This document shows, in pieces, positions 18,207 through 27,189 of a stretch of DNA of 64,000 nucleotides. The translations under genes and the position numbers were made by a program. Each line of letters opens with the position of its first letter. Position 1 is the stretch's first letter. Origin of the DNA: a virus; IMG/VR virus record IMGVR_UViG_3300033889_000069, positions 33,591 to 97,590 of that record; one strand, 5' to 3'. Under the pieces are notes generated by a model, which had not been told where the DNA came from, did no database searches, and worked only from the letters and a program-made list of their open reading frames with translations.

Positions 18207-19922
18207 TCAACCGCGACCAACGCGGTGCACTCGGACTTTTCTTTGTGTCCGACCTGTTGTAGATTGAGTATGCTTGAGGATATACTCGAAGGCAATGTCG
18301 CAATAAGCAGAGGTAAGAGCAAGGTGATCTTGCCCAGAATATACCATCTCCTCAACGCCATCGCGGTTCTTGCGGATTTTGATATTCTTGTGGTGTTCAA
18401 GCCACTTCTCTACCCTCGTTAGGCTCTTGTCCTTTGCGAACTTGATCTTTACAGTATCCTGTGGAAGCCAGATTCGCTTATTCTTGAGTAGAACGAAGTG
18501 GCGCTTGAGGATTCTCTCCTTGAAGCAGACCACGTGGTGATTCTTGAGGTTGAACTTCGGCTCGACAACTCCTGTAGAGTTTGAAGCCACCTCCCAGAAG
18601 ACATCTCCGAGGGCTTGCTTGAGTCGATAGCCGCGAGAATCAGAGTATCCAATATCAGCCATCACCATACAGGCTTCAGACTGACGAGCCAAGTCAATCA
18701 TTCGATCAGGGTGATCATCAGGATTGGCCGACTGGAAGCACTCTATCCAGATAATCTCGCCATCTGGGCTATCCTCATCAATCCGGCGAATCTCAGCCCA
18801 TGACCAGGGAAGTCCCCAGTCAATAGCCATTATCGCCTTGCCTCCAGTTCGAGATTCAGGGTCCATTCCAAACTCGCCAACTAGAGCAGCATAGTCAATG
18901 GACTCAATCGAACCCTCAGCAGACCCTCGATATGGAAGACCCCAGGTATAGTTATAGTAGTCAGCTTCGAGAGCTGTCGTTTCCTTCTTATGGAGAATGT
19001 CCGCAGCAGAGATCATCGGGGACATAGCCTGAGTTATATGATACCCAGACATATTTGGCTTGCCCTTCGCTGTAGGCTTCCACATTCCTGTAAACCGATT
19101 GAGCTTTGTCTTACATCTCAAGCAGCCGAAGTATGGTTCGAGCTTCTCTTCATCTTCCTCATAGAACATTATATGCTCTTCGGTGATAAACTGCTCTTCG
19201 CCACATCGGTTACAGGTTACATACCACTCTTTCTGATCAGTATCAAGGTAGAGTGGATGAATGCCGAATCCCTCGACGGTCGGAGTTGAGTAGTCAGTCT
19301 CATATCGGTAGGCTGACCCGTCCATTCTCGCTCGGAGGGAACCAATAATGTCAGGCTTCTGACGGTCAAACTCGTCGATGTAGATAAAGTCAATGTCCAT
19401 CATCTGAGCAAGTCGAACATCCCAAGAACCTCTCAGAATGAGGAAGCTGTTCTTTACCTGCTTTCGACCGAGGTTATCAGTTCCCTTCCCAGACCAGCGG
19501 GTAATGTAGGGCGAATCCTCGAAGATCGGGCGAACACGAGTATCAGAGAAGATTCCTACATCAGAGTCAGTCGGGAGAGTGTAGAGGGCTTTGGTTCTAT
19601 CGTATTTACAGAGGCGACAAACGCAATCACGAGCCATGATCTCGGAGATTCCCATCTGAGCAGACTTCATGACTACCTTGTGATGGGCAGGATCATTAAG
19701 TATGTCTATCTGGAAATCTCTATTCTTGTAGCCAAAGGCCGATGGACCCTTGCGGGTATACTTGGCAATCCAGTCAGCATTGGGAACCTCATAGAACTCG
19801 GAGTCATCAGTGTTGTCGATAGCCATGACAATGCATGAACGGACGTAATCCTCAAGGACACGCCCTTGCATCTGCCTCTCCATATTCTCGTCAGAGGTTC
19901 GTATTCTTCTCTCGGTCGTCAT
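18207..19922 (-). CDS. Terminase large subunit (GpA-like)
   Basis: VMKSAQMGISE Walker A, IYIDEFD Walker B, YSTPT, CxxC pair, nuclease AIDWG...DHLA. Confidence 0.93.
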   Translation of the reverse strand: MTTERRIRTSDENMERQMQGRVLEDYVRSCIVMAIDNTDDSEFYEVPNADWIAKYTRKGPSAFGYKNRDFQIDILNDPAHHKVVMKSAQMGISEIMARDCVCRLCKYDRTKALYTLPTDSDVGIFSDTRVRPIFEDSPYITRWSGKGTDNLGRKQVKNSFLILRGSWDVRLAQMMDIDFIYIDEFDRQKPDIIGSLRARMDGSAYRYETDYSTPTVEGFGIHPLYLDTDQKEWYVTCNRCGEEQFITEEHIMFYEEDEEKLEPYFGCLRCKTKLNRFTGMWKPTAKGKPNMSGYHITQAMSPMISAADILHKKETTALEADYYNYTWGLPYRGSAEGSIESIDYAALVGEFGMDPESRTGGKAIMAIDWGLPWSWAEIRRIDEDSPDGEIIWIECFQSANPDDHPDRMIDLARQSEACMVMADIGYSDSRGYRLKQALGDVFWEVASNSTGVVEPKFNLKNHHVVCFKERILKRHFVLLKNKRIWLPQDTVKIKFAKDKSLTRVEKWLEHHKNIKIRKNRDGVEEMVYSGQDHLALTSAYCDIAFEYILKHTQSTTGRTQRKVRVHRVGRG

Positions 19923-19986
19923 TGCATCCCGCTTTTCCTACCCTAAATCGGGAGGTATTCTAGGTCGTCTTAGGGTTGGAAGGCCC

Positions 19987-20004
19987 TGCATTCGCGTGAA
20001 TTCA
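19987..20004 (-). repeat. 18-bp oriented motif, copy 3
   Basis: Exact match; upstream of terminase large subunit. Confidence 0.95.
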
Positions 20005-20181
20005 CGGTCGTTTCTAGGGGTCTAGCCCTCGATTCTACCCCGAAACCGCCTTCCAGTCCCTCCAGCACGCATTGCCGAACTTACCTCGTCAATCGCTGGT
20101 CCAGAGCAGTGATGGCAACCTGCTTCGCGCCTCATCTGCTCTGTTCTCCCCATTTGCCTTCCCCGCTGGGTTACAGTCTTA

Positions 20182-20622
20182 CTATGCTGCTCTTTTGTAG
20201 TTTTCTGATCCATTGATTATCTTACTCACCGCAGACTGGTTAGTTCCAAAATAGATAGCAAGTTCTGTCTGGGTGATTCCTCCGTATTCATAGAGTTCCC
20301 GAATCTGCTCAGCGACCTCTTCAGAAACGTTGAGGGTCTTATTATTCCTCAAACCCTTCTCAATATGGTCTTCTACGTTTTCCTTTGCTGTTCCAAGAAA
20401 TAGGTGGTCAGGGTTAACACACCTCTTGTTATCACAAGAATGGCACACGAACATTCCATCAGGCATATCACCCTTGAAAAGCCCATATGAAGCGCGATGA
20501 GCCAATTGAGAACCGAAGTATCCATACCGATCTTTCTTGCGCTGCTTTATACTCTTCCAGTTCCAGCAGCCAGTCTCTGGGTCAATCGAAACTCTAGCGA
20601 GAAAACGTTCCTTCTCAATCAT
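20182..20622 (-). CDS. HNH homing endonuclease with HTH
   Basis: CWNW..YG..AHR..HSCDNKRCVNPDHL. Confidence 0.9.
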   Translation of the reverse strand: MIEKERFLARVSIDPETGCWNWKSIKQRKKDRYGYFGSQLAHRASYGLFKGDMPDGMFVCHSCDNKRCVNPDHLFLGTAKENVEDHIEKGLRNNKTLNVSEEVAEQIRELYEYGGITQTELAIYFGTNQSAVSKIINGSENYKRAA

Positions 20623-21296
20623 TCTATCACCGTCTGTTGTCGTTCTCGCATTGCTTCAATGACTCTTCTCCTACATTCAGGACAGAGCTGTCCGTTAATG
20701 AAGGCCATTTCCTTACCTACAATCTCCATGACCTTCTCCATAATGTCCCCTTCATCACCCTGAAGGGCAACGACAATCTTCTTATCTCTCAGCTGCTCGT
20801 AAGCAGCATTGACTGTCTTAACCGTAGACTCAAGAAGTCGGATGAAATAGTATTCCTTCTCCTTGGCATTCTGTCGAGGTCTACGTCCAGCTACCTCTAC
20901 AGTGACACCACCCTCATCCTCATCTGCCTCTCCACCTTCAGCAGCCTTTGCCAGATCATCAGCCATCTTTCGGACGAACTGGGCCAGCTTGACTTTGCTG
21001 AGGGCGGCTTCGTGGACTAGTGTCAGGTCGCCAAACGCCTGATCGTAGAGGTCCATTTCATCTTCAGTAAGAGACTGCGAGTAGAGGCCATGCTCTACAG
21101 GACGACCAGGTGGTTTCCTAGTCCCATCATCCTCACGGATAGCGGTGCCAGCACCGTGGACGGAGCAAACTTCATAACCATCTCTAGCCACTCTTTGACA
21201 CCTCTCTCCTGTAGCCTTACAGGTAGCAGTGCATTGGCGCGCTCTACCCTCTGCTATAGCCTTTTGTAGTGTATTTCCTGCATCATGGTTAGCCAT
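20619..21296 (-). CDS. Putative terminase small subunit
   Basis: C.A.CK.TG.RC...C.VHG...HGLYS N-terminus; upstream of TerL. Confidence 0.7.
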   Translation of the reverse strand: MANHDAGNTLQKAIAEGRARQCTATCKATGERCQRVARDGYEVCSVHGAGTAIREDDGTRKPPGRPVEHGLYSQSLTEDEMDLYDQAFGDLTLVHEAALSKVKLAQFVRKMADDLAKAAEGGEADEDEGGVTVEVAGRRPRQNAKEKEYYFIRLLESTVKTVNAAYEQLRDKKIVVALQGDEGDIMEKVMEIVGKEMAFINGQLCPECRRRVIEAMRERQQTVIE

Positions 21297-21332
21297 CGTA
21301 TTCCCTTATATACCAGAAGAGATGCAAAAGCA

Positions 21333-21370
21333 GAGAAAGGGCCGCTGGGATCGTTCAGCAGCCCTTTCTC
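21333..21370 (-). terminator. Putative intrinsic terminator
   Basis: GAGAAAGGGC/GCCCTTTCTC stem followed by TGCTTTT on the minus strand. Confidence 0.5.
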
Positions 21371-21415
21371 CACCGCGTGCCTCTTGCACTTCACTCGGTC
21401 TTCTATATTACGAAG

Positions 21416-21907
21416 CTACTTGCTCAGGTTAAGAAGTCGCAACTTTATCTTGCTACAACTCTCACAGCGGAACTGCGGGTCTGGGTCATCCCTCCGATCA
21501 TAACCGCTAGCAGGGTCATAGCGGAGTCGCTTCACTGGCCCGATCTTCCCACAACCATAGCAGACACCAACTCTCTTGATCTCCCACTCTTGATAGGCAT
21601 GAACTCCAAAGATCACTCTGTCTACCCAAAAGAATATCAGGGCACCGATGAAGTTCGCTACAATTGTGCCCCAGAGGCCAGGACCAAGCCACCAGATGAC
21701 AACCCATAGAGTCGGAGTAGACATCTGCCACCGTAGACAGTATAGTAAGTATTGCTTGAACAGTCTCATTACAGCCACCCTAAACTGTTTATATAGAAGT
21801 TGTGCATGCAACCAGTCATATGCTGGTTCAACGACACGACGGAAGAACAGGAGTTCGAGGAACAGAAAGATGTAGAGAGCGAGGTAGGCCAGAAGAAGCC
21901 TCCACAT
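21416..21907 (-). CDS. Hypothetical membrane protein with C-terminal CxxC pair
   Basis: Hydrophobic segments; CYGC...CESC. Confidence 0.6.
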   Translation of the reverse strand: MWRLLLAYLALYIFLFLELLFFRRVVEPAYDWLHAQLLYKQFRVAVMRLFKQYLLYCLRWQMSTPTLWVVIWWLGPGLWGTIVANFIGALIFFWVDRVIFGVHAYQEWEIKRVGVCYGCGKIGPVKRLRYDPASGYDRRDDPDPQFRCESCSKIKLRLLNLSK

Positions 21908-21908
21908 C

Positions 21909-22178
21909 TCACACCAGCGTCTCTAGCAACTCTATCTCGCCATTGAGATACTCAAGCAGCTTATCAGTTTCCTCTTTCCGTTTCTTGAGCTTAGCAAGTC
22001 GCTCCTTGCGATCTTGCATAGGCTCAATACAATTAGGACAGTAAGCCTGATCACAACTGCTATACTTCTCATGGCACTGAGGACATTCCCACTCTTGCCA
22101 GTTTGTTCCCTGGACATGGTCCAGATACTTACATGGCTGGTGGCCACTCTTCTTCAGCTCTTGCAGGTCCCATCCCAT
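21909..22178 (-). CDS. Small zinc-finger protein
   Basis: CPQC...CPNC plus coiled coil; SD present. Confidence 0.6.
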   Translation of the reverse strand: MGWDLQELKKSGHQPCKYLDHVQGTNWQEWECPQCHEKYSSCDQAYCPNCIEPMQDRKERLAKLKKRKEETDKLLEYLNGEIELLETLV

Positions 22179-22737
22179 TTCTTATCTCCTCAGTTCTTAG
22201 GTTGATTGCGAAGCAGTAGACATCGTGGAACATATACTCTGGCCTAGTCTCCCACTGGAGAATCTCTTCCTCAGTAGCAAGACCAGAAGTCACAGCGACT
22301 GTGTGACAGCCAGCGTTCTTACCAGCCCCGATGTCCGATTCCATATCCCCGACCATGTAGCACTCGGAGAGGTCAAGGTCAAACTCCTGAGCAGCAGTCA
22401 GGAGGTTCCCAGGCTTTGGCTTCCGGCATTTACACATAGGGTCGTCATAGCCATGAGGGCAAGTATAGAACTTCTGAATCTTCGCATCAGGAGCAGCCTC
22501 CAGAAGTTCTGCGATGAGCTTATTGTGAATCTCCACCAAAGCTGATAACCCGAAGAAGCCCTTGGCAATTCCAGACTGGTTTGTTACCACGATGCAGATA
22601 TAGCCCATCTCATTCAGGATACTGAGGGCTGGACCAGCGAAGTCGAACACCTTCAGATCATCTGCGCAGTTTACATAGCTGCCAAGTCTAGCCAGGTTGA
22701 GGACTCCGTCACGATCTAGGAAGACAGCTTTGTTCAT
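22129..22737 (-). CDS. gmhB: D-glycero-D-manno-heptose 1,7-bisphosphate phosphatase-like HAD IIIA hydrolase
   Basis: AVFLDRDGVLN, VVTNQSGI, CPH....C.CRKPKPG, MVGDMESD. Confidence 0.88.
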   Translation of the reverse strand: MNKAVFLDRDGVLNLARLGSYVNCADDLKVFDFAGPALSILNEMGYICIVVTNQSGIAKGFFGLSALVEIHNKLIAELLEAAPDAKIQKFYTCPHGYDDPMCKCRKPKPGNLLTAAQEFDLDLSECYMVGDMESDIGAGKNAGCHTVAVTSGLATEEEILQWETRPEYMFHDVYCFAINLRTEEIRNGMGPARAEEEWPPAM

Positions 22738-23318
22738 CTATACACCGCCCAGTAAAGTTCTTGGTTATATTCGGGACGACCATACTGGTAAGACTCCAGA
22801 AGTTGCCACTCCCCAAGATACTCCTGGACTGTTTCAGGAGTCCACAGTTTATAGTGGCAAGCCGACAGGGTATGGTCGAAGTTCACCTGGAAGTAGAAGT
22901 TGCCACCAGGCTTGAGAACCCGCCGAATCTCAGCGAGCATCTTCTCAGGGTTAGGAGTGTGGTCGATGACGTTGACGCAGTAGACAAAGTTGAAGAAGTC
23001 GTCACCGAACATATACATGTTCTCCCCACTTCCTCGGATGTATCCAACCTTCAGCGTCGCAGTAGACTGTATCTCATCATACTCCTGCTGTAGAGGCTCG
23101 ATGGCAGACATGGGGTCGATAGGCAGGGACTCGAAGATGGAGACTAAGCCAGGACCGACATCGAGTCCAGGTCCCTGCTCAGCAAGTAACCACTTTCCAA
23201 AGAACTCAGTATGGTGAGGGACAGCACCCTTGCGAGCTTCAACATAACCCTCAGCACCACCATACTTCTGAAAGTCTTGCTTCCAGTATTCTAGTTCCAG
23301 AGTTTCAATCTTATTCAT
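22734..23318 (-). CDS. Class I SAM-dependent methyltransferase (type 11-like)
   Basis: LDVGPG, GSGE, FNFVYCVNVIDH, EIRRVLKPGG; start taken at ATG 23318. Confidence 0.85.
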   Translation of the reverse strand: MNKIETLELEYWKQDFQKYGGAEGYVEARKGAVPHHTEFFGKWLLAEQGPGLDVGPGLVSIFESLPIDPMSAIEPLQQEYDEIQSTATLKVGYIRGSGENMYMFGDDFFNFVYCVNVIDHTPNPEKMLAEIRRVLKPGGNFYFQVNFDHTLSACHYKLWTPETVQEYLGEWQLLESYQYGRPEYNQELYWAVYR

Positions 23319-23512
23319 ATTCTCTCCGAGATCAGATAGACAATGAGTGCGAACACCGCAGTAGATGCACAGCTGATGAAGAACGGTTCTTGGCACTGCC
23401 TACAAGAATGTAGAATCCCCGCATATCTGAAGGCAAGTGCTAAAGCCCCAGTAGTTCCTGAGATGAGAACTGAGACAATAAACAAGCACGTCAGAAATGC
23501 TGATTTTCCCAC
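23315..23512 (-). CDS. Small membrane protein
   Basis: Two hydrophobic segments; SD GGAGG before GTG. Confidence 0.5.
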   Translation of the reverse strand: MGKSAFLTCLFIVSVLISGTTGALALAFRYAGILHSCRQCQEPFFISCASTAVFALIVYLISERI

Positions 23513-23860
23513 TTAGTCCTCCAGCACACAGGCGAATGGGCCACCCTCTATTATAACTGAGCAGGCAAACGAACCAGAATAGTCAGCCAGGCTTTCCTGG
23601 TAGTCCCAGGGAGCCTCGTTTATCGGCTCAGTTTGGCTAGGCAGGGATTGGCCCCTATAAATGCCCCTCATAACGCTCACGTGCAGCGGCAGGCCAGTCA
23701 TTGATCCAAAGGGCTTGAGCTGCTCACCGGAGCGAACACCCTCAAGCCCTGTTGGCATTGCAGTCGGTTCCAGACACCTACTCAGCTGCTGTAGTGGGCA
23801 TTTTGCCATCTGGCCTAGACAGCTCATCTGGCCCCTCGATGATGCCAATTCCTTATACGC

Positions 23861-23944
23861 CGTGTGGAGATTATGAGAATATGTGGAGTTTGTGGAACCG
23901 TGTGGCGCGTGTGGAGCCACTGGATCCTCCGAGGGCGTGTGGAA
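23861..23944. repeat. Six short YGTGTGGAR-like repeats
   Basis: TGTGG at 23863, 23882, 23891, 23901, 23910, 23938. Confidence 0.7.
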
Positions 23945-24055
23945 CTGTTTACTCTAAAATTGATGGTCGAGGGTGAAGACGGACGGATGTTGGATTCCGC
24001 AAGCGCGAATATGCCGGTAAAAATACCAGGGGGTAGCTTCGCGCAAGGTTCCCGC

Positions 24056-24105
24056 GAAAACAGGTAAATATACCAGTTCCGTTCCTTAGCTTCGTAAGGT
24101 ATAAT
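24056..24105 (+). promoter_or_regulatory. Early sigma70 promoter P1 (TTCCGT-N17-TATAAT) with conserved upstream block
   Basis: Upstream GAAAACAGGTAAAnATACnAG shared with P2. Confidence 0.7.
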
Positions 24106-24161
24106 GTTAATGTCGGCGCGAAGTTAAGCCGAACACTCGCAAAGATACGAGGTAAGCTAAA

Positions 24162-24251
24162 ATGGATTGCTTTACTAACTTGTTCCTTAGTATTATGGGT
24201 TTGGGTTTTGTAGCTTGCTACATCGCATACAGAGTTAAGCAGGTAAGCTAA
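24162..24251 (+). CDS. 29-aa hydrophobic peptide (MDCFTNLFLSIMGLGFVACYIAYRVKQVS)
   Basis: Below the ORF-track cutoff; GAGGT SD; first ORF after P1; single TM-like helix. Confidence 0.55.
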   Translation: MDCFTNLFLSIMGLGFVACYIAYRVKQVS

Positions 24252-24255
24252 GGTT

Positions 24256-24271
24256 TGGCACGATTCTTGCA
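24256..24271 (+). promoter_or_regulatory. sigma54 (-24/-12) consensus site TGGCACG-N4-TTGCA
   Basis: Exact match to the RpoN consensus. Confidence 0.6.
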
Positions 24272-24308
24272 GTAGACCTTAGTGGGAACGCAAAGGAAAG
24301 GAAGTGAG

Positions 24309-24358
24309 GAAAACAGGTAAAGATACTAGTTGACTAAGGGTAAGATTCGAGGTAAGAT
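24309..24358 (+). promoter_or_regulatory. Early sigma70 promoter P2 (TTGACT-N17-TAAGAT)
   Basis: Near-consensus -35, exact spacing, shared upstream block. Confidence 0.75.
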
Positions 24359-24370
24359 ATAATCAGACGG

Positions 24371-24389
24371 GCACATTGACAATCGAATA
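24371..24389 (+). promoter_or_regulatory. boxA-like antitermination element
   Basis: GCACATTGACAATCGAATA just downstream of P2; resembles rrn leader/spacer boxA sequences. Confidence 0.45.
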
Positions 24390-24508
24390 TCGGCGGAACC
24401 TTAGCAAGCCTTCGCGGGGAACGCATAGAAGAGTAAGCACTAAGGTCCGATTAGATAGAGGAAGGAAAGGTTAAACTTTCTTCACAAATCTTGAAAGGAG
24501 TTCATAGA

Positions 24509-25171
24509 ATGAACACAGCACCTAAGTTTAACCTTTCCCTGTTAGTCAAGCAGGGAACGAAGGCCATCTACGAAGGCTTAGCCTTAATGGATGTTGTCTT
24601 CCCTAAACTTCCCGAAGGGAAGTTCACTATCGACTTCAAGCACGAGAATCTTCACGGTTTCGCCAAGATTCTTTGCTGGCTTCACTTCTCTTCTCCGCTT
24701 GTCGGCGCTAAGATTCTCACGAAGGCCGATTGGCGCGCTTGTGCTATCACGGGCGATAAGATTCCCGAAGTCGTAAGAATAGAGTTCACGACTAAGGCCG
24801 CCGCGATAAGCACGATCTATGCTTCGCTTATCGCCTGTATGGTTGCAGGGAATTGGAAGTCTTTCCCCGAAGATTCCCGCGCAGCTTTCGAGAAGTGGCT
24901 TGACTGCATGCACGCAAACGGCATTAACATGTTCTTCGACACCGGGAAGTTTTGCGGTGGAAGACTCATGCCGCTCAAGTCTCGCACAGTTAAGGTTAAG
25001 GCCGAACTGGTCGAAACCATAATGAGCGCGAAGAAGGAACTCTCCGGCACTAAGGGTAAGGAAACGGTCAAGGCTAAGGCCGAAACCAAACCCGCCGCGA
25101 AGAAGACGACTCGCAAGCCGAAGTCCGAAGTCAAGGCCGAAGCTAAGACCGAAGGCGAACCCGCCGCCTAA
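24509..25171 (+). CDS. Hypothetical early protein with Lys/Ala-rich C-terminal tail
   Basis: AAAGGAG SD before ATG 24509; flanked by a 17-bp inverted repeat. Confidence 0.8.
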   Translation: MNTAPKFNLSLLVKQGTKAIYEGLALMDVVFPKLPEGKFTIDFKHENLHGFAKILCWLHFSSPLVGAKILTKADWRACAITGDKIPEVVRIEFTTKAAAISTIYASLIACMVAGNWKSFPEDSRAAFEKWLDCMHANGINMFFDTGKFCGGRLMPLKSRTVKVKAELVETIMSAKKELSGTKGKETVKAKAETKPAAKKTTRKPKSEVKAEAKTEGEPAA

Positions 25172-25240
25172 CGACTAACCTTAACCTTTCCTTCCTCACT
25201 TAGAATCTAACCTAACGCAAACACGAAGGAGAACAAAACA

Positions 25241-25423
25241 ATGTTAGAACGATGGGTAAGCATAGGATTAGTCGGTAGCAAAGGTAAGATATACCAGAAG
25301 TTTATCGACGACATAATGACTGCTGAGTTTGCCGAAGAATACGACAACGGCATGCTTTGCGAAGTAACCCCCGAAGGATGGGAAGCTATCTACTGGCAGG
25401 CCAGAGTTAAGAAGGCCGCGTAA
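25241..25423 (+). CDS. Hypothetical 60-aa early protein
   Basis: AAGGAG SD; followed by an 18-bp hairpin. Confidence 0.7.
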   Translation: MLERWVSIGLVGSKGKIYQKFIDDIMTAEFAEEYDNGMLCEVTPEGWEAIYWQARVKKAA

Positions 25424-25479
25424 GCTAAGGAACCCTCCCTAATCTTAATCGAAAGGTTAAGGTTAGGGAGGGCTTCAGC

Positions 25480-27140
25480 ACAGGTAGGGTGTCCTCACAG
25501 CACTGAGGGCCAGGCCAACGGCCCAACAGTCCAGTCACAGGCACGCGCCCACTTCCTCAGCGCCCCAGGGCCTTCAACAATCCAGCCACAGGCACCTCTT
25601 CAACTCTGAGGGCCAGCCCATGGTGATATGGTGTCTGCGTGATAATCTCACAGCGCCGCCATGGTGATATGGGCCTCTGTCTATAATTTCAGCCCCAGGC
25701 TGTTGACTGCGTGATAGGGCACACCCGGTCTAATTCCAACCGCGCCTGTGATATGGGCGCCAACAACCCAACCACCCAAGGGTGCAGCACCGTGATATGA
25801 TGTGATCGGAATAAAAATCAACAGGCCAGCACTGTGATAGGCCATTCATGAGATAAAATCAGCCCTGGCTGTTGCCTTGTGATTCTGCGCCACCCAACAG
25901 GGCAGGCAGCGCCCAGGGCAGCTTGACCCCATGGCCCACCGCTACCTACAGCCCTCCAGTATGAGGATAAACTGAATTCACGCCGCCTGCATCCCAAGGG
26001 TATAATCCCCCGTCCAGACCCCTTGAGGCCCTGCAATCGCGTGAATTCAGCGCCCCAGGGCTATCCAGGCCGTGTGGGATGGCCCAACCCGCCCAAGCCT
26101 GCTGGAGCTAACAGAGGTTGCTGGCGGCCGCCAAGACCCCTGCCCATGTTGGCTGCAGTGCAATGAAAAATTAGCAACTGTTTTCCTGCAGCGAATGGCT
26201 GGAGGCAGCAGACCCACTTGCAGCCCCTGTTTCTCTTCCAGGATATTATGGGTTGTCTCCGACGGTCGCCCAGGGCGCAGTGACCAAGCTACGACATCAT
26301 CAATTGGACTGAGGGTAGAGCCTCCAGAAATCACCCCTCGCCCGATCTACCCTCTGCTGGGTGACTCGCTTTTCGTCAGTTCCCTTTGAAATCTCGGCAA
26401 CCCTCCAGTTTGGACTGAGACGCCAGCAGCTTGTTCTTCCATACCTTAATGTTGATCTGTCTCTTCTTCCTTATTTATGACCATGCTACGACACCAACCA
26501 CACCCACACCCCAGATGATCTTGACTGATTCTTAGTTTGCTTGCGTTTTCTCTTCCCCGTTTCCCCCGTAACAATCCCGCATGCAAGGCGACCAGTCATC
26601 TTTTTTCGAGCTTAGGGGATATAGGTGTGGCTTGCTTGGGGTGCGTTAGTATCAGCACCAGTTAGAATTGAGGTTATGGGGTTAGGTGGGGTGTGGAGTG
26701 GGTGGGGTTGAGCTCAGAACCAGTAAGGTGAGTGAAGAGATGGGCCAGAAAAGTGGAAGTTTGGGATTCGTGGAGGGAGTTGAAAAACCAAGAGATGTTC
26801 CCAGCAGGGCAAAAGATGAGCACGTCACGCGGTTGAACTGGGACTGGGGAGTCAGCGGGGGACCACGGCAGAATGCGCTTTGCACTGGAATCGGTTGAAT
26901 AATCCCAGGTCGGGGTCGATGACCAGGCAGCGGGTTTGGAAATGCCCCAAAGAGTTCAATTGAGAAGACTATCCAGTCCAAATAGCTCTCGTTGAAGTTG
27001 GGAACAGACGCTGCCGGGGCCATTGACCAGGAAGCTATAAAGGTCACGCCTCTTTATACTCGGTTGAAAATAGGCCAGGAAAGGGCGAAAACGGGCGTTT
27101 TTATGGAGAAATAAAGAAAGTCAGGCGGTCGGTTGGAATA
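25480..27140. other. ~1.7-kb non-coding, repeat-rich region with a C-rich to G-rich switch (candidate origin/control region)
   Basis: No credible ORFs; GTGATA and CGGTTGAA repeats; skew flips near 26610. Confidence 0.5.
26032..26049 (-). repeat. 18-bp oriented motif, copy 4 (with an inverted degenerate partner at 25973-25991)
   Basis: TGCAATCGCGTGAATTCA on the + strand. Confidence 0.95.
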
Positions 27141-27154
27141 ATTAAGGTTGCCCC

Positions 27155-27183
27155 TAGACTTTCTTCCTATAATACGCTATACT
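27155..27183 (+). promoter_or_regulatory. sigma70 promoter P3 (TAGACT-N17-TATACT)
   Basis: Exact spacing; immediately precedes the structured non-coding region. Confidence 0.7.
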
Positions 27184-27189
27184 AGAGGT

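Noticed and set aside
25818..27047. Short ORFs in the repeat-rich control region
   Set aside because: Atypical Pro/Gly/Trp-rich composition, no SD, and they overlap the DNA repeats.
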